Source: a plasmid. Taken from it: DNA of 64,000 nucleotides. The DNA lies in the sequence record NZ_CP031419.1; one strand, given 5' to 3'. Below are positions 29,319 through 39,488 of the stretch, in pieces; position 1 is the stretch's first letter; every line of letters starts with the position of its first letter. Both the position numbers and the translations under genes were made by a program. Below the pieces are notes generated by a model, which searched no databases, was not told the origin of the DNA, and worked only from the letters and a program-made list of their open reading frames with translations.

Positions 29319-30946
29319 TCGGCAAGGCGATCAGGGGATGGGACGGGCAGCGGCTCGTGCGGTACCTGTTCTCGAAGGGCAAGTACAACGAGCACACCAA
29401 CCCCACCGTGATCGCAGCATGGCAATCCGACCCCGACGCCCTTCAACCGGTATGGGTCGGCCCCGACGACTGCGACTTCGCGCCCGGTGAGATCGGCAAA
29501 CTCGCCAACCAGGTAACCGCCCTGTCGGATGCGATCGGGCTGCCCACCGAACAGCCCGAGCCCGGCCAGCCGGGCTACACCAAGCACGGCTACATCTGGC
29601 ACCTGCCGGTGGCCATCGGCGCCGAAGACGGGGAACTCGGCCACGACACCTGGCGGCGCATCGCCGAGGACATGCTGCACGAGACCGGGATCGCGAAAGC
29701 GGGAGACGCCGGGGCGTGCCGGTGGATCGCGGTGCACCACGGCAAGTCCGTCGACGGCAACGACCACATTCACATCGCCGCGGTCCTCGTGCGCGCCGAC
29801 ACCGGCAAACGCTTCTACCCCGACAACGATTGGAAAGCCGTACGCCGCGTCGCCCGGCGCTGGGAACAAGCTCTCGGTCTGCGAATGACCGCCATCAACG
29901 ACCCGTCGGCCGTACCCACCCCGACGCGCGGGGAACAGGAAAAGGCGAAGCGCCGCCACGCCGCCGGCGACGACGGCATGCTGCGAGCGACACCAGGTGC
30001 CGCGGCACGGGTACAGCTGCGGCAGATGATCACCGAGACCGCCGCCGTCGCGACGAGCGCCGACGAATTCGTTGCCCGGCTCCGCGACGCGGGCATGCTC
30101 ATCGACTTCAAGTACGACGCCATCGGGCAGATCAAGGGATGGGCGGTCGCCGCTCCCGGGGACGTATCGGCGAGAACCGGCGAGCCCATCTACTTCGCGC
30201 CCAGCCGGCACTTGGGCGCAGATATGTCTTGGCCGCGGATCACCGCCCGCTGGTCGGCCTCCGTGCCCGGCCGTCCCGGCGCCGCGCGGGAAGCGGCCGC
30301 CACCGACACAGCACGCGAGCCGCATGCAGTGCTGGCCGACAGCGCTGAGCGGGTCCGGTCGGTCACCACCGCAGTGCGCGGTGGCCGCGCCGACGTGGCG
30401 ACCGTGGCCCGCGAGTTGCAGGACGTCATCAGTAGTTGGGCATCCATCGCCGACGGTGCGGCGCGCCAGGGCCCGCTCTCCCGGGCCGCCTGGGTCTACG
30501 ACCGCGCCGCCCGCACCCGGCGCGGTCTGGCCGCCGTTCCCGCCGGGCAACTCGCCGCCGAACTGCGTGAGGTCTCGCGCGGACTCGCTGCGGTCCGAAT
30601 GCTGTCCGGTCGCGGCCTGCAACGAGATCCGAGCCTGCAACTCGGGCTCGCTATCGCCGAACTGTTGCTGGAGATCGCCGCATGGCACCAGCAGAACCAG
30701 CGCATCGCTGCCGCGCGCAGTGCCCGCGAAGCCGCCGGCCTGGTGCGCGCGCACGGGGAGGCCACCGGTGCCGTCCCGGGCCAGCTCCCGCCGCGGCGCG
30801 CCCCGGCGGGCACCGGGCACACGCCCACCGTCACAGCACACCCCGGTCCGGCCGCGCGGCCGGGCGAAGGCCGCCGCGAACTGCCTGCGGTGCGCGGCGT
30901 CCGTGAACTGCCGTCCGGCCCAACAAGGAAGGAACACCGACGATGA
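29315..30946 (+). CDS. relaxase/mobilisation nuclease (MOBQ/MOBP-like)
   Basis: N-terminal Tyr region (RLVRYLFSKGKY). His-triad motif HHGKSVDGNDHIHIAAV (HxDxxNxHxH). Confidence 0.85.
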   Translation: MIGKAIRGWDGQRLVRYLFSKGKYNEHTNPTVIAAWQSDPDALQPVWVGPDDCDFAPGEIGKLANQVTALSDAIGLPTEQPEPGQPGYTKHGYIWHLPVAIGAEDGELGHDTWRRIAEDMLHETGIAKAGDAGACRWIAVHHGKSVDGNDHIHIAAVLVRADTGKRFYPDNDWKAVRRVARRWEQALGLRMTAINDPSAVPTPTRGEQEKAKRRHAAGDDGMLRATPGAAARVQLRQMITETAAVATSADEFVARLRDAGMLIDFKYDAIGQIKGWAVAAPGDVSARTGEPIYFAPSRHLGADMSWPRITARWSASVPGRPGAAREAAATDTAREPHAVLADSAERVRSVTTAVRGGRADVATVARELQDVISSWASIADGAARQGPLSRAAWVYDRAARTRRGLAAVPAGQLAAELREVSRGLAAVRMLSGRGLQRDPSLQLGLAIAELLLEIAAWHQQNQRIAAARSAREAAGLVRAHGEATGAVPGQLPPRRAPAGTGHTPTVTAHPGPAARPGEGRRELPAVRGVRELPSGPTRKEHRR

Positions 30947-32676
30947 ACCAGCCGGTCATTGAAACGCCCGTGATGGGCATCCCTCGCGAGGACACCATGC
31001 GCATGGCACTGGCAGCACGCACGCTGTCGGGAGTGCTGAGGCAGCTACGGGAACGGCGGGGCCGCTCCGCCTGGGACGACGCCGAGAACGCCGCCCGCAA
31101 GAACGCGGTCCTCGACCGCCACACGGTCAACCGATTCAGCCGTGCCGACGCCGAGGAATGGAACACTGCGGAAAGGGAAGGTCGCATCCGAGCCGAACGG
31201 CACCCGGATACCGGCATGACAATTCGTGTGGCCCCACTCTCGCGCGGCCGATTCGGGGTGCAAGCCGGATGGGAGGACAACCACGCCGAGGCAGTGTTCG
31301 GCTCCGAGGATCTTGCCGCCCGGGTGGCCGACTGGCTGCGAGCCGACGGCTCAGCCGATGCTGTCGACGATCTACGCCGCAATGTCGAGGACATGCACGC
31401 CACGTCCCGGCCACGGCAGCAACGGACTCTCCGAGACATCGAGCTCGCCGAGGCCCGCAAATGGGCACAAGAGAACGATGCCGACTGGTACCGCTGGTGG
31501 GAGTTGAGCTACACCAACGCCGACACCATCGATGGACGCCGCCTCGACGAGGCCGAGATCATCAACAAGTGGGTCGACGCCACCGGCGGCACCACCCGCA
31601 GCGCCGTCGGCGTGGCCCGGCGCTGGCTGGCCGAACACGATCCGGAGTGGACCAAGAACTGGGTGGCCGAATACGACAACTGCGACACACGCGACGGACG
31701 CCGCAGCCTCGAAGCTGAGATCGTTCGCCGATGGCGCGCCCAGTCTCGCGCTGGGCGTGGACGTGGCGGAGCCGGCCAGGACCAGGGCGCTGACGCAGGT
31801 GCCGCGGAACAGGGCAGCGGTCCGCAGGACCAGCGCACTCCGACCCCACTCGCAGACCGACTGCGGGGGCGAGTGCCTGATCGTGTTCTCGATGATCCGC
31901 GTTGGCATGTCGCCGAGGACCAGTTTGCTGTGCTCACCTCGCAGGGCGCCGACCCGGACACCCTCATCGAATCCGTTGCCGCGATCGACTTCAACAACGG
32001 CCAGATCCGCGCACCCAGCGGCTTCGCCGCCTGGGCAATGCGCGAAGCCGCGAAGAAGGGGAAAGCAGCCAACGCGCACACCCGCAGCGAGGAAGATGCT
32101 CGCCGCTCGGTGGCAGAGGAATGGCTCATGAGTGCGGACCCGGACTCACCGTTCGACCGAGCCCGCGCGGCGCAGTTGGTCGGCGAGATCGACGATGACT
32201 TCGACGCCCTGCTCGCCCGCAAGTACCCGGGCATCCTCGATGGCGATGCCGAGCAGGCGCGAGCCAAGGCCGCACAGCACGAGAGCAACGCCGATACCGC
32301 TGACGACCAGGCTCGCAAGGACAACGCCGCGGCCCAGCAGACCGCGGACGAGGACGAGGCTGAGGACACGGTGTTCGTGGTCGACAGCGACGGCACCGTC
32401 ATCACCGTGCCGTTCGTTCCAGCACCGGAACCCCCGCCCGAAGCCGAAGCCGAAGCGGCCAGCCACGCCGCCGACGCCGACCGCGAGCACGAGGCCGCCG
32501 ACCGCGAGCACGACACCGACTCCCAACACCGCGCCACCCGCACCGCCGAAGCCGCAGCGCAGGCTCCGCTCACCCCACCCAAACAAGCCAAAACCAACGC
32601 CAAGACCCGTCGGCGAACCCCACCGCCGGCCAAACCCGCGGCGACGCACACCCGGAACCGGGGCCGCGCGCACTGA
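30943..32676 (+). CDS. hypothetical protein with two internal repeat modules and acidic low-complexity tail
   Basis: DADWYRWWELSYTNADTIDGRRLDEAEIINKW and DPEWTKNWVAEYDNCDTRDGRRSLEAEIVRRW are tandem repeats. ATGA overlap with the relaxase gene. Confidence 0.6.
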   Translation: MNQPVIETPVMGIPREDTMRMALAARTLSGVLRQLRERRGRSAWDDAENAARKNAVLDRHTVNRFSRADAEEWNTAEREGRIRAERHPDTGMTIRVAPLSRGRFGVQAGWEDNHAEAVFGSEDLAARVADWLRADGSADAVDDLRRNVEDMHATSRPRQQRTLRDIELAEARKWAQENDADWYRWWELSYTNADTIDGRRLDEAEIINKWVDATGGTTRSAVGVARRWLAEHDPEWTKNWVAEYDNCDTRDGRRSLEAEIVRRWRAQSRAGRGRGGAGQDQGADAGAAEQGSGPQDQRTPTPLADRLRGRVPDRVLDDPRWHVAEDQFAVLTSQGADPDTLIESVAAIDFNNGQIRAPSGFAAWAMREAAKKGKAANAHTRSEEDARRSVAEEWLMSADPDSPFDRARAAQLVGEIDDDFDALLARKYPGILDGDAEQARAKAAQHESNADTADDQARKDNAAAQQTADEDEAEDTVFVVDSDGTVITVPFVPAPEPPPEAEAEAASHAADADREHEAADREHDTDSQHRATRTAEAAAQAPLTPPKQAKTNAKTRRRTPPPAKPAATHTRNRGRAH

Positions 32677-32943
32677 GGCGGCCTCTTCATCGTCGGGTGG
32701 CCTGCGCGGGCGAGATCCTGCGCGGGCCACCCGGGATCGGCGTCGCCAGACAGAATCGCCCGCCCATCGTCTGCGGTGCTTATGCTGGGCCCTGAGCAGT
32801 GGAACGCGAATCACTGGCTGCTCTGGGACATGGCCCTCCCCTCCGGCCATGTACACGAAGATGCCCATCGGTTGAATCCGATGGGCATCTCTTTCCTCGT
32901 CCAGTCCCGGCGATCCGGGGGTAAGCCGCCGGGGCGGCTGCGG

Positions 32944-33219
32944 TCACAGGATCGCGCGGAACTCGATGGTCACCACCACGCTGACCAGATACTCGATCGG
33001 TGCGGCGAGCAGCGGCACGATCGTGTGGTCGATGCCGACGACGGTCGGCGCGTAGGTCTCACCGGTCAGGGTGGTCTCTTCGGCCGCCGCAGTGCGAGCA
33101 CGCTCCTGACACTGTTCGACAAGAGCCTCGACGCTATCGGGAATCTCGGCGGATGAGGAGACGGTCCGGGTGGCCGCATACGCGACCACATCGTCGTGCA
33201 GGGAAGTCGGGCTGCTCAT
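32944..33219 (-). CDS. hypothetical protein
   Basis: 91 aa, unbiased. Confidence 0.4.
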   Translation of the reverse strand: MSSPTSLHDDVVAYAATRTVSSSAEIPDSVEALVEQCQERARTAAAEETTLTGETYAPTVVGIDHTIVPLLAAPIEYLVSVVVTIEFRAIL

Positions 33220-33297
33220 GATCTCGTGTCCTTATATCGGAGGGAATGGGGTCCTCGGCCCATGCCCAACTAGCGGGCATGCACCGGAGTCGGTGGT

Positions 33298-34008
33298 TCA
33301 GCGGTCAGCGCTGGTGACAGTGTCGATGAACGTGCGCCCGTCGCGGTCGACGGTGGTCACGTTCTGGCGGTAGGTCTTGGTCTCGCCGGATGGCCTGCGC
33401 TCGAATACCTCGACGAGGTGCCGCGCAGGTTCCAGCTCGGTGATTGTCAGGCAGTAGCTCGTCTTGTCGGGGATGGTGTTGATTCCCTTCTGGATCGTGT
33501 CCGCAGAGGAGACGGGGGCCTCCGGCAGCACCAGGGCACGCACTTGCTCCCCTGACCGGGCGACATAGTAGGCGTGCTGGAAGGCGAAGATGACGGGCAC
33601 GCTCCCGACCAGACCGCCCTGGTTGTCGCCGCGATGTACCTTGCCCTCCGCGGTGTTCGGGCACTTCCCGCCAGCGAGAAAGCCCACCGTTGTGGTCACC
33701 GCTGGCGGTGGTGGTGGGGCCACAGACAGAGCGGGTTGCGGCGGCGGGGTGGGCTCCAAGCTGTTGAGCCCCACAGCGAGCGCACCCAGTCCCAGCGCAC
33801 TGACGGCGGCTGCAATGCCGAGCGCCTTGTACCGAGGTCGGCGACTGGGCACGGGCGCCGGCTCGGGGGCTCTCTCAACGGCGTCCGCCGGTTGGAACTC
33901 GAGGTCCTGTTCGTCGGGCTCCGGCAGGACCTCTGGAATTTTCAGGGGCGATAGAACCGGGGTCCACCGGCCAGAAGCCGGGACGGGTCGATCGGTGTTT
34001 GCGTTCAT
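33298..34008 (-). CDS. membrane-anchored/secreted hypothetical protein
   Basis: Single TM segment (ALGIAAAVSALGLGALAV) followed by a Pro-rich linker and a globular domain. Confidence 0.55.
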   Translation of the reverse strand: MNANTDRPVPASGRWTPVLSPLKIPEVLPEPDEQDLEFQPADAVERAPEPAPVPSRRPRYKALGIAAAVSALGLGALAVGLNSLEPTPPPQPALSVAPPPPPAVTTTVGFLAGGKCPNTAEGKVHRGDNQGGLVGSVPVIFAFQHAYYVARSGEQVRALVLPEAPVSSADTIQKGINTIPDKTSYCLTITELEPARHLVEVFERRPSGETKTYRQNVTTVDRDGRTFIDTVTSADR

Positions 34009-34021
34009 CCTCGTTCCCCTT

Positions 34022-35893
34022 TCAACGTCCGCGTCCGGGAGTCCGCTGCGGGGCAGCGCTGGTATTTGCTCTACTGGCCGGGGTCATCGACGTACCGGCG
34101 GCCGCGGGCGCTCCGGCAGACGGGGTCAGCGGTCCGTTCGCCGCCCGCAGCGCCTGTTCCCCGCGCCGGGCCTCTTGCAGCTGGGCGAAGGTTGGGCGCC
34201 CACTGCCGTTGCGGGCGGTAGCCGTCACCGTCGAGGTCTGGCTGCGTGCTACGGGGGCGGTAGCTTCGGCGGCGCTGGCCTGCTGCACGTAGCGCAGGGC
34301 GGCCTCCACCACCGCGCCAGTCTTGCGAGGGTCACCGTTGGGAAGTGCGGCCCACTGCGGTGAGCCAACCTCTGGGATCTCCCCCCGCCGCATGGCAGCG
34401 CGCAGATACGGGCCTGCCCACGCCTGTACCGCGTCGACGCTCAGGCGATCCGCCGTGGATGGAAACCCAGGCTGCACAGCAGCCGCCTCCTGTTCTGCCA
34501 GCACATCAGCGCGCATAACACCGGGCAGGGTCTTGAGCTTGTCGGGACGGAATCCGGAGAACCGAACGTCTCCCGCCTCCACCACCGGCGCGCCCTGGAA
34601 CCCCATGTCCAGCAATCGCTGGCGTGCGGCCGAGTCCTGGGTGACATCGACGATCCGATAGTCGAACCCGAGATTGTCGAGGGTGCGCTTGGTGGCATCG
34701 CACTGCGGGCACTGCGGTTTGGTGTAGACGGTTATCTGGACGCCTTCGCCCGGCGCGATTGCGGTCTGTGCCATGGTCGTCTCCGGATTCTGTTGGTTCT
34801 GCACTGATTTCGCGGGCGCACTCTCGATCCCGAGTTCGGTCTCTGCTTCCGGGGCCCACTGCCACCGCCAGCCTGTCTCGGGGTCGAACGACCGCCGGAA
34901 CACGCCCTCCATGGCCTTCTCGGCCGCCGCGATGGCCTCGTCCGCACCGGGGAATCCGCGCTCGAGTTGCTCATCGGTGACGGGCACAAACTCGTCGAAG
35001 TCGTGCCCGAGATCGAAGTGGTTGCTGGCGTCCTTGCCGGTCGCCGCTTCCACGACGAGCACTTCCCCCACACGCCCGACCAGCATCCGCTTGACCTGGA
35101 GGGCGTGCTGGTAGCCCGCTGAATCGCGATCAGCGATGATGATTACTCGCCGTGCGCCGGTGAGCTGGCGGGCGTGCTCGAGCCGAAACGAACCGGCACC
35201 CATTGCATTGCAGGTGGCGAACCGCCCGGCAGCCCGAATTCGGTCGACGTCCTTCTCTCCTTCGGGGAGGTGGATGTCTTCGCCGTCAGCGATTGCCTGT
35301 ACCACCTCGGGAAGGTGATACAGCACCGGTTCGAACCCGCCTTTGCTCCACCGCCCGCCGGCATCCATCTTGCGCTGGAAGAACATCTTGTCGGTGCCGC
35401 GCTCGTGCGGAACGTGCATTCGCACGACCTCACCGAGGGGGCGTCCTCGGTGGTCGGTGTAGTGGTAGATCGCCGCCTGGTAGCGGGGACCAACCACCTT
35501 GCCGAGGCGTTCCTTCTTTGAGGGCTTCGGCGGAACCTGTGCGTCACGTCGCGCTTCCGGACCTTCCGGTCGCGGCGCTCGCGGCCGCGACGGCGAGCCG
35601 GGCGCGCGGACCCACTGCCGGTCCCAAATCGCTGATTCAGGCAGGCCGACCGTGGCCAGCACCTCGGTGTCGGAGCATCCGGTAAAGCATCTGACCACGG
35701 TCTTGTGCTTGTCCGCGTTGTAGATCAGGCCCAAGCTCGGATCATCGTCCTGATGCGCCGGGCAGTGGTACATCGTCCACTGCCCGCGCTTCGATGCTGG
35801 TCCTGCCGGGCGACTGTTCTCGAATGCCCACTCGTCGAGTGCCCGGGTGATCCGGGCAAACGACGGAGGTGAGCCGGGCTTATCAGTTCTCAC
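34022..35893 (-). CDS. DNA primase (zinc-finger plus TOPRIM) fused in frame to an NrdH/glutaredoxin-like domain
   Basis: CPAHQDD...CFTGCS zinc finger. TOPRIM segment RVIIIADRDSAGYQHA. NrdH-like ITVYTKPQCPQCDATKRTLDNLGFDYRIVDV (CxxC) with no intervening stop. Confidence 0.7.
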   Translation of the reverse strand: MRTDKPGSPPSFARITRALDEWAFENSRPAGPASKRGQWTMYHCPAHQDDDPSLGLIYNADKHKTVVRCFTGCSDTEVLATVGLPESAIWDRQWVRAPGSPSRPRAPRPEGPEARRDAQVPPKPSKKERLGKVVGPRYQAAIYHYTDHRGRPLGEVVRMHVPHERGTDKMFFQRKMDAGGRWSKGGFEPVLYHLPEVVQAIADGEDIHLPEGEKDVDRIRAAGRFATCNAMGAGSFRLEHARQLTGARRVIIIADRDSAGYQHALQVKRMLVGRVGEVLVVEAATGKDASNHFDLGHDFDEFVPVTDEQLERGFPGADEAIAAAEKAMEGVFRRSFDPETGWRWQWAPEAETELGIESAPAKSVQNQQNPETTMAQTAIAPGEGVQITVYTKPQCPQCDATKRTLDNLGFDYRIVDVTQDSAARQRLLDMGFQGAPVVEAGDVRFSGFRPDKLKTLPGVMRADVLAEQEAAAVQPGFPSTADRLSVDAVQAWAGPYLRAAMRRGEIPEVGSPQWAALPNGDPRKTGAVVEAALRYVQQASAAEATAPVARSQTSTVTATARNGSGRPTFAQLQEARRGEQALRAANGPLTPSAGAPAAAGTSMTPASRANTSAAPQRTPGRGR

Positions 35894-35985
35894 GGCGCAC
35901 CACCTCCACGGGTGCTTATGAATCTGATGGAGCTAATGTATCTAAAATGGAGCCCGCGCCAGCGCTGCGAGTCCGCCGGGACTGC

Positions 35986-36189
35986 TTACCTGCGCTTTGC
36001 GACTCCGGCCAGACCGGCCAGCGTCATGCCCACGGCCGCGCCGAGGACACCACCCACTGCTCCCAGAGCCTTCCGCCCCGTCCGCTTACGGCCTCGCGTG
36101 GGGGCCGGGTTCGGGTGCGCCATGTTGACGGCGACCACCACGACCACGATCAGCACAGCAACGACCGGGTACACCAGCAGAAGCGACAT
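35986..36189 (-). CDS. small membrane protein
   Basis: AAGAGGAGG RBS. MSLLLVYPVVAVLIVVVVVAV and GAVGGVLGAAVGMTLAGL helices. Confidence 0.45.
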   Translation of the reverse strand: MSLLLVYPVVAVLIVVVVVAVNMAHPNPAPTRGRKRTGRKALGAVGGVLGAAVGMTLAGLAGVAKRR

Positions 36190-36283
36190 TTCTGATGACC
36201 TCCTCTTTCGTCGTCGATGGCCAACCTGCACGTGGTGCGAATGTATCTAAAAGCAGTGTCGCAGTTTCGCCGGCCGGCCGCAA

Positions 36284-36703
36284 TCATGCCGCCGACCGCT
36301 GCTCGGCAGTGGCTGCGACCTCGGCCCACTCTCGGCAGTAATCCAGGGCCGTGCCCGGAGAGAATCCCGGGACGGTTTCTTCCCAGCTCAGCGACGGATT
36401 CACGGTTGCGCTGAGGCTGGGACCACACACGTACCACGCCCAGCGATTGCCTTCGGGCAGGCGGTCAAGGGTGCGCGGGTCCTGCGGACCGATGAGGAAC
36501 CAGTGTTCGCCGACTCGCACGGTGGAGACGTCGTAGGTCGCCATCAGCGTATGCAGCACACGCCGCCAGTCGGCGCCATCGGCCTTGACCAGCAGAGCCA
36601 GTCGCAACGCGCGGCAATACCGCAGTTCAGCGCAGAGATTTCGGACCCGGTAGCGGACGGCATAGACGAGATCCGCAGCGATGGTCGTGGCCCGCGCGTT
36701 CAT
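36284..36703 (-). CDS. hypothetical protein
   Basis: 139 aa, unbiased. 4-nt overlap with the upstream gene. Confidence 0.5.
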   Translation of the reverse strand: MNARATTIAADLVYAVRYRVRNLCAELRYCRALRLALLVKADGADWRRVLHTLMATYDVSTVRVGEHWFLIGPQDPRTLDRLPEGNRWAWYVCGPSLSATVNPSLSWEETVPGFSPGTALDYCREWAEVAATAEQRSAA

Positions 36704-37686
36704 CGCGCTGCCCTCCTCGCCGCAGCGGCCACCGGTGCGGCCTGAGCTGCCGGTGCGGCGCCGAAGGTGAATTCCCGTCTACCGGTGGCTGCTGCTGCGG
36801 GTGGCGTCAGCGGACCGCGGGCGGCCGCCTGGATTTTCGACCACATCCCCTGCCGTTGCGGTTCGGTCTGGCTCGCTTGATGCGCGGCACGCAGTTCCTG
36901 GTTGATTCGGTCGGAGGTGATGCCGAGTTGTTGTGTGCGGGTGAGGGCTTCGTGGAACTCGGTCACCACCGCCGCGAGATCGGTCTCAGCCTCCTTGGCT
37001 TCGCGTGCCTGTGTCGACGCCTTGTCGAAGCGCTGCGCCGCCGCCGTCAGATCGGCCAGGGCAGCGGCTTGGCCGGGCGTGAGCCACGACGAGGGGCCTT
37101 CCGGCTGTCGCGCCTGGTTGTGCATCGCGTCTGCCTGCCACTGAGCCAGCCGGAAGGGAGCTGAACGCAACTGCTGCGTCACGGCGGTGATGCCGAGACG
37201 GATCGCGGAGACCTTCTCCGCGACACGAGCTTTGAGCGCTTCCATGGCACTGTTGACCTCCCACTTCACTCGCACCGCGGCCCCCGGCACAGCGTGCGCC
37301 TGCGCCAGCGCCTCCACGGCCCTACCCCGGTCGGTCGCGCTTAGGTGGGGTAATTCGTGAATCCGTCGCTCAAGTCGGGTAGCGGCGTCACTCAGCTCTG
37401 CCTGCTTGCGGGCCCACGTCTCGTGCTGCTCCTCCTTCTCGGGTTTGAATCCCGCCGCGACGACCGCCTTCTGATGGTGCAGGATGTCCAGTTCGAGCTG
37501 CGTGCGCGTGATCGAGACATCCAGCTGGCGGGAGCGGGTGTCGTTGCGTACGGCGCGCGAGATTTCCCGGCGCACGTGCCGCGGGATCGCCTGGGCGGTC
37601 GGGTCCTGCGCCCGCCACGCGGCGATCGTCTCCGCCACCGCTGCGGCGAGAGTGTTGGGCTCGGGCCCAGCTTTCGCGTCGGCCAT
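36700..37686 (-). CDS. coiled-coil hypothetical protein
   Basis: Start MADAKAGPEPN with a GAGAGGAAGGAG RBS. Heptad-like helical sequence. Confidence 0.55.
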   Translation of the reverse strand: MADAKAGPEPNTLAAAVAETIAAWRAQDPTAQAIPRHVRREISRAVRNDTRSRQLDVSITRTQLELDILHHQKAVVAAGFKPEKEEQHETWARKQAELSDAATRLERRIHELPHLSATDRGRAVEALAQAHAVPGAAVRVKWEVNSAMEALKARVAEKVSAIRLGITAVTQQLRSAPFRLAQWQADAMHNQARQPEGPSSWLTPGQAAALADLTAAAQRFDKASTQAREAKEAETDLAAVVTEFHEALTRTQQLGITSDRINQELRAAHQASQTEPQRQGMWSKIQAAARGPLTPPAAAATGRREFTFGAAPAAQAAPVAAAARRAAR

Positions 37687-37830
37687 CGTCGACTCCTTCC
37701 TCTCGGTGATCGGTCGCTGGCAGTGGGTGCCGGCCACGAATGGGCACAGCACCCAGAGCCGCTAGTTATGTTAATGGTTCGAGTGTATCTAAAACATGGT
37801 TGGTGTCATCCCTGTTGACCAGATCGTTCG

Positions 37831-39018
37831 CTAGCGTCCGGGCCGCACCAGCCCGGAAGTGGGCGAGTACTTCATCGGGAACAGGCCCGCCAGGGTCGCC
37901 GCAAGCTCTCGATAGGCCAGCACCGTGCGCGGGTGCAGCAACTGCGGATCGATGACGCCGCCCTCGTCGAGGTGACGGTCATAGGGGATCTCGTGCACGG
38001 CGTGGACCAAGTGGTTGAACCACCTCGTTGCCGCGCTCGCGTCGAACATTCGCCGGCCGGGCTGCTGATGGGAGATCACGACGACGGTCCGGGACAGCAA
38101 GCCCCGGTACAGCCAACGGCGCTCGCCCCGTTCGTCCAGCAATGGGTCCCCGGTCACGGGGTCCTTCGCGAAGGCGGTGTGCAGGTACTCGACCGCCGCC
38201 ACCGCCTCGTCGGCGGAATCCTTCTTGGCGTCGAGGGGGATCACCAGCGCATCGGCCTCGTCGAGAACGGCCTGGGTGGCTGGGTGGGTGATCCCGGTTC
38301 CGCAATCGGCCAGCATCAGCGGGAAGTAGTCGCTCGCCAGGTCGACCAGCTGGCGGTAGTCGTGGGCGGAGAAGCTGTCGGCCGTCGCCGGATCGGCTGC
38401 CGAGGCCAAGATGTCCAGGCCCGCCGGTGTCAGTTGCGTGTGAGTGCGCACGTCCTGCACCCGCCGCGGCCGCGGTCCGGCCAGCAGGGTCAACGCCGAG
38501 GACTCGGTGCGCGCCGTTGTCCGGCGTGCCAGGTTGCCCCTATCGGGATTGACGTCGAACGCGATTACGCCATCGGTCCGGCAGGCTGCGAAGGCGTTGC
38601 CGATCCCCATGGCGGTCGTTGTCTTCCCTGATCCGCCCTTGAGCTGTACCACTCCGATGCGGAAATCGGACTCGATCGCGGTGCGGATTCGCCGGTCGAG
38701 CTCCCTGGCGCGCACTTCGGCGGGGCTCTCTCCGAGGTTCAGCGTTTTGCCCGACATCAGATAAAGCGCACGCCGCCAACCCGATCCCGGAGCTGGGCGA
38801 ACCGGGTCTCGGCGCCAGTCCCGCGACTCTGGGGTAACCGCCGCTGACCGATCAGACGACGTGTGCCGCCACTCGCCGGCATGCGCCCGCTGGAGCGGGC
38901 TGACGCCCTGTGCGGGAACGCCGTCTGTCCATAGCCCGCTGTCGGCGCGCCCTCCGTAGGCCGCGGTGTCCGTACTCCACGGCGCCACCACGGGCGGGGG
39001 CGAGTACTGCTTGGCCAT
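37831..39018 (-). CDS. ParA/MinD-family ATPase with N-terminal extension
   Basis: Deviant Walker A VQLKGGSGKTTTAMGIGNA. Confidence 0.75.
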   Translation of the reverse strand: MAKQYSPPPVVAPWSTDTAAYGGRADSGLWTDGVPAQGVSPLQRAHAGEWRHTSSDRSAAVTPESRDWRRDPVRPAPGSGWRRALYLMSGKTLNLGESPAEVRARELDRRIRTAIESDFRIGVVQLKGGSGKTTTAMGIGNAFAACRTDGVIAFDVNPDRGNLARRTTARTESSALTLLAGPRPRRVQDVRTHTQLTPAGLDILASAADPATADSFSAHDYRQLVDLASDYFPLMLADCGTGITHPATQAVLDEADALVIPLDAKKDSADEAVAAVEYLHTAFAKDPVTGDPLLDERGERRWLYRGLLSRTVVVISHQQPGRRMFDASAATRWFNHLVHAVHEIPYDRHLDEGGVIDPQLLHPRTVLAYRELAATLAGLFPMKYSPTSGLVRPGR

Positions 39019-39035
39019 CCTCTATTCCCTTCTGC

Positions 39036-39488
39036 TCATGAGGTTTTCGATGAGATCTTGTCCTCGGTCGACTCCGATTGGGTGATCCGCTTGTCGCCCT
39101 CGGCCTTCTCGGCGACGGCCTCTTCGGCCCAGTCCGACCACGCCGGGTAGGACTCCGCTTCGGCCCACCATGCGTTGCGCGCGTCCTGCCACACCTCGAC
39201 AGAGCAGCTGAACGAGCGCCGAGGCCGAGTGCCGGCCTGATCCGGGGGTGTGCGCCGACCAGGCGGCAATCGGTCCGGGGCGGGCTCGAACGTGGAGATA
39301 CCGAGGTTCTGGCGCGTGCGCGCGGTCTTCTCGGCGAGCGCCGCCTCGAGCCATCCGGTCCAGGTCGGGTACTGGCGGAGTTGCTGGCCCCACTTCTTCT
39401 TGGCGGCTCCCCACACCTCGTCACTGCACGAAAAGTTCTCTCGGCTCCATCGACGTCCCCCCGCCGCGTCGGACTGTGTGTCGGCCAC
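39036..39488 (-). CDS. hypothetical protein with duplicated Trp-rich module
   Basis: NFSCSDEVWGAAKKKWGQQLRQYPTWTGWLEAALAEK and SFSCSVEVWQDARNAWWAEAESYPAWSDWAEEAVAEK are tandem repeats. Confidence 0.55.
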   Translation of the reverse strand: MADTQSDAAGGRRWSRENFSCSDEVWGAAKKKWGQQLRQYPTWTGWLEAALAEKTARTRQNLGISTFEPAPDRLPPGRRTPPDQAGTRPRRSFSCSVEVWQDARNAWWAEAESYPAWSDWAEEAVAEKAEGDKRITQSESTEDKISSKTS

